Shown: positions 1 to 20,919 of the stretch, piece by piece
Layout: each line of letters begins with the position of its first letter
Numbering within the stretch: the first letter of the stretch is position 1
Assembly: GCF_009914755.1 (NCBI RefSeq)
Contig: NC_060938.1
Reading direction: 5' to 3' (one strand)
Length of the DNA: 64,000 nt
Source: the human T2T-CHM13v2.0 reference genome, Homo sapiens
Translations under genes and position numbers: made by a program
The notes under the pieces: model-generated
What the model saw: only the letters and a program-made list of their open reading frames with translations
What the model was told of the DNA's origin: nothing
Database searches by the model: none

Positions 1-552
1 GGAAGACTGGCATGGTGCCTCCGCTCTCCTTGCCAGTTTCCAAACCAGCCACACTGCAGACTCCCCATGTTGCCGCACACGGGAATCCATCATCAGGCCA
101 TCACGCCAGGGAGCCATCTTCTCTCTGGGGTCTCGCTCTGGTCTCCTACTTGGAAATGAACGAGAGCCGCATGCCTGCGTGTGTGAGACTCTCCCGGCAA
201 TGGCGACACCCACAGGCACTGCCTCCTTCACGGAGAGAGGGCCTGGAACACTGAAGATTCCCACGGAGGTTCAGTTCCACACTCCCCTCCACCCTCCGAG
301 GACGGTTTCTCTGTGCTGAAGATGCATGGGAGCCTAGAGAGTGGCTTCCACTTCCCGCGGGATTCCTGGAGACGTCCAGAGAGCCAGCCCCCGAAACACG
401 CCCCCCTCACCCCTTCCCCCTCGCCCCCTTCCTCTTCGTGTCTCCGGCCCCACCTCCGCCATCACCACTTCCTCCCCCCCCACCCCACCAACCCCCTTCC
501 GCAGGCCTCGACACCCTGGGACCCTTCAGTGGTGGGGCGGGCTGTCCAAGGG

Positions 553-2007
<1,455 letters not shown>

Positions 2008-2595
2008 GACGCGGGGTTGGGACGGGGTCGTCGGGGCAGAGCGGTGGCCTCTCTTTCGTGGGGAACACCTGGCTGGTTACGGAGCGGCGTGTCTTCCCCC
2101 CGCCCACTCCACCGCGCTGACAGGCCTGGGATTCCTGACTTCTAGGTCTAGGCCCGGTGAGAGGCTCCACACAGCAGAGAACTGCCATTTTTTCCTGAGC
2201 ATCCCCGAGATCCCAGAGCCGGCCAGTTACCAGCAGGTGGGCCACCTACTGCGCATGTGCCAGTTTGCGGGCAGCCGCCTGGGCTGTGGGAGTAGCCTGG
2301 GCAGAGCTCTCATGCCTTTCCACCACACCAACCCCGCCTAACCACCCCCTCCTCGCCCCAACCCCCCAACCCGGGAAAATGCGTGTTCCCCTGGGCAGGG
2401 TGGAGACCCCCTTCCCGCGAAACACCGGGCCTGCGCAGCGTCCAGGCCTGGCACCCCTCCAGTGGCTCGCCTCCTCTGTGCCTCAGTGCCACAGTCGCCG
2501 GCCTGCCCGTGCCCCTGAAGCCTCACAGATGCCACCATGGAGGGCATGGCAGCGGAACGCAGACCTCTAGCTCTCTTTGCCGGACTCCTGGCTAA

Positions 2596-2775
2596 ACCTG
2601 TGCACATTGTGCACCCTGGTTGACATGCAAGGGAGCCCGATGGCCTCTCTGTGCTCTTGTCCGTCCGCGAAATTCCAGCTGAGGCTCTCCCAACACCTTC
2701 CGACACTCTTTAGTCAAAGCCTGGAGAATAGGTACATCTCCTGGATGATCAGTTCAGAAATCTGTCACAATGCCC
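2596..2775 (+). other. pLAM/DUX4 exon-3-like segment A (acceptor AG>AA; no ATTAAA)
   Basis: ggctaa|acctgtgcac...ctcctggatgatcagttcagaaatctGTCACAatgcccc. Confidence 0.75.
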
Positions 2776-5700
2776 CCTGCTTTTGGATCCTAGGGAAGAT
2801 TTGCATCATTTGGGTGATCAGTACAGAGATATATCACAATGTCCCCTGTGCAAAAAGCCTGGAAATGATTTACATCACCTGGGTGATCAGTGCAGAGATA
2901 TGTCACAATACCCCCTGCAGGTGGAGCCTAGAAAAGAGTTTGGTCACCTGGGTGATCTGTGCACAGATATGTCACAAAGCCCCTGTAGGCAGAGCCTAAA
3001 CAAGTTACATCAACTGGGTGATCAGTGCAGAAAAATGTCACAAAGCCCCTGTAGGCCGAGCCTAGAAAAGAGTTACATCTCCTGGGTGATCAGTGCAAAG
3101 ATATGTCACAAAGCCCCCTGTGGACAAATCTCAGAAAATTGTTTCATCACCTGGGTGATCAGTGGCGATATCTGTCACAATTCCCCTTTAGGCTCAGCTT
3201 AGGCAAGCATTACATCACATGAGTGATCACTGCAGATATATGTCACTATGCCCCCATAGGCAGATCCAAGACAAGAGTCCATCACCTGGGTGATCAGTGC
3301 AGAAATATGCCACAATGCCGCCAGTAGGCAGATATAGACAAGAGTTGCATTACCTGTGTGATCACTGTAGAGATATGTCACAATGTCCCTGTAGGCAAAG
3401 CCTAGACAAGAGTTCCATCACCTGGGTGATCAGTGCAGAGTTATGTCACAATGACCCCTTTTGGCACAGTGTAGACAAGGGTTACATGACCTGGGTGATT
3501 AGTACAGAGATGTGTCACAAGCCCCCTGTAGCCAGAGCCTAAACAAGTGTTACATCAGCTGTGTGATCAGCGTAGGGACATGTCACAATATCCTGGTAGC
3601 CATATCCTTCACAAAAGTGACATCACCTGGGTGAACAGTGCGGAGATATGTCACAATGTCTCCAGTAGGAAGAGCCTAGAGAAGAGTTACATCACCTGGG
3701 TGATCAGGGAAGAAATATGTCAAAATGCCACCTGTAAGCCGATCCCAGACAAGAGTTGCATCACCTCGGTGGTCAGTCCAGAGATATGTCTCACTGCTCC
3801 CTGTCGGCGAAACCTATTCAGGAGTTACATCATCTCGGTTATCAGTGCAGTGATATGTTAAAATGCTCCTGTAGGCAGAGCCTAGACAAGCGTTACATCA
3901 CCTGGGTGATCAGTGCAGAGATAACTCACAATACCCCCTTTAAGCAGAGCCTTGACAAGAGTTACATCACCTGGGTTATCAATGCAGAGATACGTCATAA
4001 ATCCCAGTGTAGCAAAGCCTACAAATGTTTTACATCACCTAAGCGATCAGTGCAGAGATATGTCCCAATGTCCCTTTAGGCAGAGCTTAGACAAGAGTCA
4101 CATCTCCTGGGTTATCAGTGCAGGGATAAGTCACAATGCCGCCATAGGCAGAGCCTAGACAAGAGTTACATAACCCGGGTGATCCGTGCAGAGTGATGTC
4201 ACAACAGCCTCCGTAGGCAGAGACTACAAAAGAGTTATATCACCGGGGTGATCAGTGCAGAGATATGTCACAATGCCCCCTGTAGGCACAGCATAGAGAA
4301 GAGTTGCATCACATGGGTGATCAGTGCAGAGATATGTCACAATGTCCCCTGTAGGCAAAGCCTAAGCAAGAGTTGCATCACCTGGGTGATCAGTAGAGAG
4401 ATATTTCACAATGCCCCCTTTGGGCAAAGGGTAGACAAGACTTACATAACCTAGGTGATCAGTGCAGAGATTTGTCAAAATGCCCTGTAGGCAGTGCTTA
4501 TAAAACTGTTACATCACCTAAGTGATCAGTGCAGAGATATGTCACACAACTACTGTAGGCAGAACTTAGATGAGTTACATCACCTGGGTGATCAGTGGAA
4601 GGATATGTCAAAAAGCCCCCTGTAGGCAAAGCCTAGACAATAGTTACATCACTTGGGTTATCAGTGGCGAGATCTCTCAAAATTCCCCTGTAGGGAGAGC
4701 TTATACAACAGTTACATCACCTGGGTGATCAGTGCAGAGATATGTCACAAGCCCCCTGTAGGCAGAGCCTAGACAAGAGTTATATCACCTGGGTGATCAG
4801 TGCAGTGATATGTCACAATGCCGTGTAGCCAGAGCCTAGACTAAAGTTACAGCACCTGGGAGATCAGTGCAGAGATGTGTCACAATGTCCCCTGTCGGCG
4901 ATGCCTATACAAGACTTTCGTCATCTCGGTGATCAGTGCAGTGATATGTTAAAATGCCCCTGTAGGCAGAGCCTAGACAAGAGTTAAATCACCTGGGTTA
5001 TCAGTGCAGAGATATCTCACAATACCTCCTGTAAGCAGAGCCTAGACAACAGTTACATCACTTGGGTGATCAGTGCAGAGATATGTCACAAATCCCATTG
5101 GAGGCAAAGCCTAGACAAGTTTTACATCATCTCAGCGATGAGTGCAGAGACTTGTCCCAATGTCCCTCTTGGCAGAGCTTAGACAAGAGTCACATCTCCT
5201 GGGTGATTAGTGCAGAGATAAGTCACAATGCCCCCGTAGGCAGAGCCTAGACAAGAGTTACATAACCCGGGTGATACGTGCAGAGTGATGTCACAATGCT
5301 CTCTGTAGGGAGAGACTAGAAAAGAGTGACATCAGCTGGGTGATCAGTGCAGAGATATGTCACAATGTCCGCTATAGGCAAAGCCTTGGCAAGAGTTACA
5401 CCCCCTTTGTCATCAGTTCAGGGATATGTGAAAACGCCTCCGTAGGCAGAGCCAAGACAAGATTTACATCACCTAGTTTATCAGTGCAGAGATATTTCAC
5501 AATACCCCTGTAGGCAGATCCTAGACAACAGTTGAATCACCTGGGTGATCCGTGAAGAGATATTTCACAATGCCCCCTTTGGGCATAGGGTAGACAATAG
5601 TTACATCACCTAGGTGATCAGTGCAGAGATTTGTCAAAATTCCCTGTAGGCAGTGCTTATAAAAATGTTACATCACCTAAGCAATCAGTGCAGAGATGTG

Positions 5701-7275
5701 TCACAAGCCCCCTGTAGCCAGAGCCTAGACAAGGGTTACATCAGCTGTGTGATCAGTGCAGTGACATGTCACAATGTCCCTGTAGCCATATCCTTGACAA
5801 AAGTGACATCACCTGGTTGATCAGTGCGGAGATATGTCACAATGACTCCAGTAATCAGAGCCTAGACAAGAGTTACATCACCTTGGTCATCAGGGCAGAG
5901 ATATGTCACAATGCCCACTGTAAGCAGATCCCAGACAAGAGTTGCATCACCTGGGTGATCAGTGCAGAGATATGTCTCTATGCCCCCTGTCGGCGAAGCC
6001 TATACAAGAGTTACATCATCTCGGTGATCAGTGCATTGATATGTGAAAATGCCCCTGAAGGCAGAGGCTTGACATGTGTTACATCACCTGGGTGATCAGT
6101 GCAGCGATATCTCCCAATACCCCCTATAAGCAGAGCCTAGACAAGAGTTACATCACCTGGGTTATCAGTGCAGAGATATGTCATAAATCCCACTATAGGC
6201 AAAGCCCAGAGAAGTTTCACATCACCTCAGCGATCAGTACAGATATATGTCCCAATGTCCTTCTAGACAGAGCTTAGACAAGAGTCACATCTCCTGGGTG
6301 ATCAGTGCAGAGATAAGTCACAATGCCCCCGTGGGCTGAGCCTAGACAAGAGTTACATAACCCGGGTGATCCGTGCAGAGTGATGTCACACCGCCCTCTG
6401 TAGGTAGAGACTAGAAAAGTGTTACATCACCTGGGTGATCAGTACAGAGATATGTCACAATGCCCACTGTAGGCAGAGCATAGAGGAGAGTTACATCACC
6501 TGGGTGATCAGTGCAGAGATATGTCACAAGTCCCCTGGAGGCAAAGCCTAGGCAAGAGTTACATCACCTTTGTCATCAGTTCAGTGATATGTGAAAACGC
6601 CCCTTTAGGCAGAGCCTAGACAAGAGTTACATCACCTAGTTGATCAGTGCAGAGATATTTCACAATACCCCCTGTAGGCAGATCCTAGACAAGAGTTGAA
6701 TCACCTGTGTGATCAGTGCAGAGATATTTCACAATGCTCGATTTGGGCAGAGGGTAGACAAGCGTTACATCACCTAGGTGATCAGTGCAGATATTTGTCA
6801 AAATTCCCTGTTGGCAGTGCTTATAAAAGTGTTACATCACCTAAGTGATCAGTGCAGAGATATGTCACAAGTCTCCGGTAGGCAGAACTTAGATGAGTTA
6901 AGTCACCTGGGTGATCAGTGCAGAGGTATGTTACAAAGCACCCTGTAGGCAAAGCCTAGACAATAGTTACATCACTTGGGTGATCAGTGGCGAGATCTCT
7001 CACAATTCCCCTGTAGGCGGAGCTTATACAACAATTACATCACCTGGGTGATCAGTGCAGAGATATGTCACAATGCACCCATAGCCACATCCAACAGAAG
7101 AGGCACATCACCTCGGTGATCAGTGTAGAGATATGTCACAATGTCGCCATAGGCAGAGCCCAGAAAAGAAACTCATCACCTAGGTGATCATTGGAGAGAT
7201 GTGTCACAAAGCCCCTGTAGGCAGAGCCTAGACAAGTGTTACATCACTTTGTTGATCAGTTCAGAGATATGTCAC
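2707..7275 (+). repeat. 68-bp beta-satellite block 1 (~67 monomers)
   Basis: Tandem ~68-bp unit gatcagtgcagagatatgtcacaatgcccctgtaggcagagcctagacaagagttacatcacctgggt with one GATC per monomer. Confidence 0.97.
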
Positions 7276-10033
<2,758 letters not shown>

Positions 10034-13000
10034 TCTTTAGTCAGAGCCTGGAGAATAGTTACATCTTCTGGATGATCGGTTCAGAAACATGTCACAATGC
10101 CCCCACCCTGCGGAGCCTAGAGAAGATTTGAATCATTTGGGTGATCAGTGCAGAGATATATCACAATGTCCCCTGTACAAAAAGCCTGGAAAAGATTTAC
10201 ATCACCTCGGTGATCAGTGCATAGGTATGTCAAAATCACCAGTAGGCTGAACCTAGAAAAGGGTTACATCACTTAGGTGATCAGTGTAGAGATATGTGAA
10301 AATCTCCGTGTAGACACAGCCTAGACAAGTGTTACATCACCTAGTGATCAGTGCCGCGGTAAGACATAAAGCCACCTGTAGGCAGAGTGTAGACAAGTGT
10401 TTCCTCAATGGGGTGATCAGTGCAGAGATATGTCACAAAGCCACTGTAAGCAGAACCTTGACAAGGGTTACATCACCTGTTTGATCAGTGGAAATGCATA
10501 TCACAAAGCCCCCTGCAGGCAAAGGCCAGACAATTGTTACATCACCAAGGTGAGCACTGGAGAGATCTGTCACAATGCTCCTGTAGGCAGAGCTTAGAAA
10601 AGGTTGACATCACCTGGGTGATCAGTGCAGAGATATGTCAAAACGATCCTGTAGGCTGAACCTAGACAGGAGTTACATCACCTGGGTGATCAGTGCAGAG
10701 ATATGTGAGAATTCCCGTGTAGGCAGAGCCTAGACAAGTGTTACATCACCTAGGATATCAGTGCAGGTATAAGTCATAATGCCTCCCGTAGCCAGAGCGT
10801 AGACAAGAGTTCCCTCCCCAGGGTGACCAGTTCAGAGATGTGTCACAAAGCCGCTGTAGGCAGAGCTTAGACAAGGGTTACATCACCTCGGTGATCAGTG
10901 CAGAGATATGTGAAAACGCTCCTGTAGGCTGAACCTAGACAGGAGTTACATCACCCAGCTGATCAGTGCAGAGATATGTGAGAATTCCCGTGTAGGCAGA
11001 CCCTAGACAAGTGTTACATCACCTAGGTTATCAGTGCAGGTATAAGTCATAAAGCCTCCTGGAAGCAGAGTGTAGACAAGTGTTCCCTCCCCAGGGTGAT
11101 CAGTGCAGAGATGTGTCACAAAGCCCCTGTAGGCAGAGCCTAGACAAGAGTTTCATCACTTGGTTGATCAGTTCAGAGATGTGTCACAATGTCCATGTAG
11201 GCAGATCTAAGACAAGAATCCATCACCTTGGTGATCAGTGCAGAGATATGTACCAATGTTCCCTGTAGACAGTGCCTAGACAAGAGATGCATCACCTCAG
11301 AGATCAGTGCATAGATATGTAACAAACACTTCTGTAGGCAAAGCCCATACAAGGCTTACATCACCTAGGTGTTCAGTGCAGTGATATGTCACACATATCC
11401 CTGTAGACAGAGCCTAGACAAGAGTTACATCACCTGGATGATCAGTGCAGATATTTGACACAATGCGCCCATAGACAGAGCCTAGACAGGACTTCCATCA
11501 CCTGGGTGATCAGTGCAGAGATATGTCACAAATCCCCCTCTAGGCAGAGTATAGAGAAGAGTCCCATCACCTGGGTGATCACTGCAGAGATATTTCACAA
11601 TGCCCCCTGTAGGCAGAGAGTGGACAAGAGTTACATAAACTAGGTGATCTGTGCAGAGCTATGTCAAAACGTCCCAGTAGGCGGAGCCTATATAAATGTT
11701 ACATCACCTGGGTGATCAGTGCAGAGATATGTCCCAAATCCTTCTGTAGGCAAAGCCCATACAAGGCTCACATCACCTAGGTGACAAGTGCACTGATATG
11801 TCACAAAAATCCCAGTAGACAAAGCCCAGACAATAGTTACATCACCTGGGTGATCAGTGCAGACATTTGACACAATGCCCCATAAGCAGAGCCTAGACAA
11901 GACTTCCATAACCTGGGTGATGAGTGCAGAGATATGTCACAAATCCCCCCATAGGCAGAGTATAGAGAAGAGTCCCATCACCTGGGTGATCAGTGCAGAG
12001 TTATTTCACAATATCCCCTGTAGGCAGAGAGTGGACAAGAATTACGTAACCTAGGTGATCTGTGCAGAGCTATGTCAAAATGCTCCTGTAGGCAGAACCT
12101 AGTTAAATGTTACATCACCTGGGTGATCCGTGCAGAGATACATCACAATACCCCTTGTAGGTGTAGCCTAGACAAGAGTTACATCACCTGGGTGATCAGT
12201 ATGGATATATGTCACAAAGCCCCTGTAGGCAGAGCCTAAACAAGGGTTACATCACCTGGGTGATCAGTGCAGAAATATGTCACAAAGCCACTGTAGGCCG
12301 AGCCTAGACAAAAGTTGTTACATCTCCTGGGTGATCAGTGCAAAGATATGTCACAAAGCCCCCTGTAGACAAATCCCAGAAAATTTTTAAATCACCTGGG
12401 TGATCAGTGGAGATATCTGTCACAATTCCCCTTTAGGCGCAGCTTTGACAAGCTTTGCATCACATGAGTGATCAGTGCAGAGATATGTCACTATGCCCCC
12501 ATAGGCAGATCCAAGACATGAGTCCATCACCTGGGTGATCAGTGCAGAAATATGCCACAATGCCGCCAGTAAGCAGATATAGACAAGAGTTACATCATCT
12601 GCGTGATCACAGCAGAGATATGTCACAATGCCCCTGTACGCAGAGACTAGACAAGAGTCCCATCACCTGTGTGATCAGTGCAGAGTTATGTCACAATGCC
12701 CCATTTTGGCAGAGCCTTGACAAGGGTTACATCACATGGGTGATCAGTGCAGACAAGTGTCACAAGACCCCTGTAGCCAGAGACTAGGCAAGTGTTACAT
12801 CAGCTGTGTGATCAGTGCAGTGACATGTCACAATGTCCCTGTAGCCATATCGTTGAGAAAAGTGACATCACCTGGGTGATCAGTGTGGAGATATGTCACA
12901 ATGTCTCCAGTAGGCAGAACCTAGACAAGAGTTACATCACCCGGGTGATCAGGGCAGAGATATGTCACAATGCTCCCTGTAAGCAGATCCCAGACAACAG

Positions 13001-16000
13001 CTGCATCACCTGGGTTATCAGTGCAGAGATATGTCTCAATGCCCCCTGTCGGCTAAGCCTATACAAGAGTTACATCATCTCGGTGATCTCTGCAGTGACA
13101 TGTGAAAATGCCCCTGTAGGCAGAGCCTAGACAAGAGTAACAACAAATGGGTGATCAGTGCAGAGATATCTCACAATACCCCCTATAAACAGAGCTTAGA
13201 CAAGAGTTACATCACCTGGGTGATCAGTGCAGAGATATGTCATAAATCCCAATGTGGGCAAAGCCTAGACAAGTTGTACATCACCTCAGCGATCAGTGCA
13301 GAGATATACCCAATTACCCACTAGGCAGAGCTTAGACAAGAGTCACATCTCCTGCGTGATCAGTGGAGAGAAAATTCACAATGTCCCCATAGGCAGAGCC
13401 TAGACGAGAGTTACATAACCCGAGTGATCCGTGTAGAGTGATGTCACAATGCCCTCTGAAGGCAGAGAATAGAAAAGAGTTACATCACCTGGGTGATCAG
13501 TGCAGAGATATGTCACAATGTCCCCTGTAGGCAGAGCATAGAGAGGAGTTGCATCACCCGGGTGGTCAGTACAGAGATATGTCACAATGTCCCCTTTAGA
13601 GAAGGCCGAGGCAAGAGTTACTTCACCTTTGTCATCAGTTCAGGGATATGTGAAAACGCCCCTGTTGGCAGAGCCTAAAGAAGAGTTACATCACCTTTGT
13701 CATCAGTTTAGGGATATGTGAAATCGCCACTGTAGGCAGAGCCTAGACAAGAGTTACATCACCTAGTTCATCAGTGCAGAGATATTTCACAAAACCCCCT
13801 GTAGGCAGATCCTAGACAAGAGTTGAATCAACTGGGTGATCTGTTCAGATATATTTCCCAATGCCCCCTTTAGGCAGAGGGTTGAGAAGAGTTACATCAC
13901 CTAGGTGATCAGTGCAGAGATTTGTCAAATTCCCTGTAGGAAGTGCTTATAAAAGTGCTACATCACCTAAGTGATCAGTGCAGAAATATGTCACAAAGCT
14001 CCTGTAGGCAGAACTTAGATGAGTTACATCACCTGGGTGATCAGTGCAAATGTATGTCACAAAGCCCCCTGTAGGCAAAGCCTAGACAATAGTTACATCA
14101 CTTGGGTGATCAGTGGCGAGGTCTCTCACAATTCCCCTGTAGGCAGAGCTTATACAACTGTTACATCACCTGGGTGATCAGTGCAGATTTATGTCGCAAT
14201 GCCCCCTTAGGCAGATCAAAGACAAGAGTCCGTCACCTGGGTGATCAGTGCAGAGATATGTCACAATGCCCCCTTAGGCAGAGCCTAGACAAAAGCCCCA
14301 TCACCTGGATGATCAGTGTAGAGTTATGTCACAAAGGCCCTTTAGGCAGATCCTAGACAAGAGTTACATCACTTGGATGATCCGTGCAGAGATATGTCAC
14401 AATGCCACTGTAGGCAGAGCCTAGACAAGACTTGCATGACCTAGGTTATCAGTGCAGGGGTAGAACACAATGTCCTTCTAGGCAGAGCCTTGACAAGTGG
14501 TACATCACCTGGGTGATCACTGCAGGATTATGTCACAAAGCAGCCTGTAGGCAGATCCTAGAAAAGAGTTACATCACATGGGTGATCAGTGAAGAGATAT
14601 GTCACAATGCCACTGTATGCAGAGCCTAGACAAGAGTTACATGACCTAGGTTATCAGTGCAGAGATAAATCGCAATGCCCCTGTAGGCAGAGACTTGACA
14701 ATTGGTATATCACCTGGGTGATCTTTGCAGGGATATATCACAAAGCACACTGTAGGCAGATCCTAGAGAAGAGTTATATCACCTGGTGATCAGTGCAGAG
14801 ATATGTCACAAGCCCCCTGTAGGCAGACCCTAGACAAGATTTATATCACCAGGGTGATCAGTGCAGTGATATGCAACAATGCCGTGTAGCCAGAGCCTAG
14901 ACTAAATTTACAGTACCTGGGAGATCAGTGCAGAGATATGTCACAATCTCCTCAGTAGGCAGAGACCAGGCAAGAGTTGGATCACCTCGGGATCAGTGCA
15001 GAGATATGTCTCAATCCCCCTGTGGGCACAGCCTAGACAAGAGTTACATCACCTCGGTTAACAGTGCAGAAACATGTCAAAATGCCCCTGTAGGCAGAGC
15101 CTACACAAGTGTTACATCACTTAAGTGATCAGTGCAGAGATAAGCCACAATACCCCCTGTAAGCAGAGCCTAGACAAAAGTTACATCACCTGGGTGATCA
15201 GTGCAGAGATATGTGACAAGGACCCCTTAAGCAGAGCCTACAAAATAGTTACATCACCTGAGTGATCAGTGCAGAGATCTGTCACAATGCCCCTTTAGGC
15301 AGAGCTTAGAGCAGAGTTACATCACATGGGTGATCAGTGCAGAGATATGTCACATTGCCCCCACAGGCAAATCAAAGACAAGAGTCCGTCACCTGGTGAT
15401 CAGTGCAGAAATATGTGACAATGCCCCCAGTAGGCAGAGCCTAGAGAAGAGTCCCATCACCTGGGTGACCAGTGCAGATATATTTTACAGTGCCTCTGAA
15501 GGCAGCACGCAAGCAAGAGTTACATTACCTAGATGATCAGTGCAGAGATATGTCACAAGCCCCCCTATAGGCAGAGCCTGAATCAGAGTTACATCACCTC
15601 AGTGATCAATGCAGTGATATGTCACTATGCCCCGTAGGCAGAGCCTAGTCAAGCGTTACATCACCTGGGTGATCAGTGCAGAGATATGTCACAAAAATTC
15701 CTATAGACAGAGCCTAGAAAGAGTTACATCACCTGGGTGATCAGTGCACATATCTGACACAATGCCCCAATAGACAGAGCCTAGACAAGACTTCCATCAC
15801 CTGGGTGATCAGTGAAGAGATATATCACTAATAGCCCTCTAGGCAGAGTATAGAGAAGAGTCCCATCACCTGAGTGATCAGTGCAGAGATATTTCACAAT
15901 GTCCCCTGTAGGCAGAGAGTGGACAAGAGTTACATAACCTAGGTGATCTGTGCAGAGCTTTGTCAAAGCGCCCCTGTAGGCAGAACCTAGATAAATGTTA

Positions 16001-18556
16001 CATTACCTGGGTCATCAGTGCAGAGATATCTCAAAATACACCCTGTAGGTAGAGCCTAGACAAGAGTTACATCACCTAGGTGATCAGTGCAGAGATATGT
16101 CACAATAGCCCCTGTAGGTGGAGCCTAGACAAGAGTTACATCACCTGGGTGATCAGTACAGAAATATGTCACAAAATCCCTGTTGGCAGAGCCTAAACAA
16201 GAGTTACATATACTGGGCGATCAGTGTAGAAATATGTCACAAATCCCCTGTAGGCCGAGCCTAGACAAGAGTTACATCTCCTGGGTGATCAGTGCAGATA
16301 TAAGTCACAATGCACCCTTAGGCAGAGCCTAGACAAGGGTTACATAACCCGGGTTATCCGTGCAGAGTGATGTCACAACCCGCTCTGTAGGCAGAGACTA
16401 GAAAAGAGTTACATCACCTGGTTGATCAGTGCAGAGATATGTCATGATGCCCCCTGTAGGCAGAGCATAGAGAAGAGTTGCATCACCTGGGTGATCAGTG
16501 CAAAGATATATCACAATGTCCCATGTAGGCAAAGTCTAGGCAAGAGTTGCATCACCTGGGTGATTAGTGCAGATATATGTCACAATGTCCCCTGTAGGTA
16601 AAGCCTAGTCAAGAGTTACATCACCTTTGTCATCAGGTCAGGCATATGTGAAAACGCCCCTGTAGACAGAGCCTAGACAAGACTTACACCACCTAGTTGA
16701 TCAGTGCAGAGATATTTCACAAAACCCCCTGGAGGCAGATCCTAGACAAGAGTTGAATCACCTGGGTGTTCAGAGCACACATATTTCACAATTACCCCTT
16801 GGGCAGACGGTAGACAAGAGTTACATCACCTAGGTGATACGTGCAGAGATTTGTCAAAATTCCCTTTAGGCAGCGCTTATAAAATTGTTACATCACCTAA
16901 GTGATCAGTGCAAAGATATGTCACAAAGTTGCTGTAATCAGAACTTAGATGAGTTACATCACCTGGGTGATCAGTGCAAAGGTATGTCACAAAGCCCCCT
17001 GTAGGCAAAGCCTAGACAATAGTTACATCACTTGGGTGATCAGTGGCGAGATCTCTCACAATTCCCCTGTCGGCAGAGCTTATACAGCAGTTATATCACC
17101 TGGGTGATCAGTGCAGAAATATGTCACAATGCCCCCTTAGGCAGAGCCTAGACAAAAGCCCCATCACCTGGATGATCAGTGCAGAGTTATGTCACAAAGT
17201 CCCTTTAGGCAGATCCTAGACAAGGGTTACATCACTTGGATGATCAGTGCAGAGATATGTTACAATGCCACTGTAGGCAGAGCCTAGACAAGAGTTACAT
17301 GACCTAGGTGATCAGTGTAGAGATACACCGCAATGTTCCTGTAGGCAGAGCGTTGACAAGTGGTACATCAACTGGGTGATCATTGCAGGGATATGTCACA
17401 AAGCAACCTGTAGGCAGACTCTAGAAAAGAGTTACATCAACTGGGTGATCAGTGCCGAGATATGTCACAATGCCACTGTAAGCAGAGCCTAAACAAGAGT
17501 TACATGACCTAGGTGATCAGTGCAGAGATACATCGCAATGCCCCTGTAAGCAGAGCCTTGACTAGTGGTATATCACATGGGTGATCATTGCAGGGATATG
17601 TCACAAAGCACCCTGTAGGCAGATCCTAGAGGAGTGTTATATCACCTGGGTGATCAGTGCAGTGATATGTCACAATGCCCTGTAGCCAGAGCCTAGAATA
17701 AAGTTACAGCACCTGGGAGATCAGTGCAGAGATATGTCACAATGTCCCCAGCAGGCAGAGACAAGGCAAGAGTTGGATCACATCGGGATCAGTGCAGAGA
17801 TATGTCTCAATCCCGCTGTGGGCACAGCCTAGACAAGAGTTACATCACCTCGGTTATCAGTGCAGAGATATGTCAAAATGCCCCTGTAGGCAGAGCCTAC
17901 ACAAGTGTTACATCACTTAGGTGATCAGTGCAGAGATATGTCACAATAACCCCTGTAAGCAGAGCCTATACAAGAGTTACATCACCTGTGTGATCAGTGC
18001 AGAGATATGTGACAAGGCCCCTTTAAGCAGAGCCTAGACAATAGTTACATCACCTGCGTGATCAGTGCAGAGATCTGTCACAATGCCCGTTTAGGCAGAG
18101 CTTATCCAGAATTACATCACCAGGGTGATCAGTGCAGAGATATGTCACAATGTCCCCATAGGCAAATCCAAGACAACCGTCCATTACATGGGTGATCAGT
18201 GCAGACATATGTGACAATGCCCACAGTATGCAGAGCATAGAGAAGAGTCCCATCACCTGGGTGGTCAGTGCAGAGATATGTCACAATGCCCCCATACACA
18301 GAGCCTAGACAAGAGTCCCATCACCTGGGTGATCAGTGTAGAAATATGTCTCAATGCCCCCATAGGCAGATCCAACTCAAGAGTTACATCACCTGGGTGA
18401 TCAGTGTAGAGATATGTCACAATGCCCACATAGGCAGAACCTAGAGAAAAGTCCCATCACCTGGGTGATCAGTGCAGAGATATGTCACAAAGCCCCTGTA
18501 GGCAGAGCCTAGACAAGTGTTACATCACTTGATTGATCAGTTCAGAGATGTGTCAT
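10034..18556 (+). repeat. Beta-satellite block 2 (~125 monomers)
   Basis: Continuous 68-bp tandem repeat. Confidence 0.97.
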
Positions 18557-20919
<2,363 letters not shown>

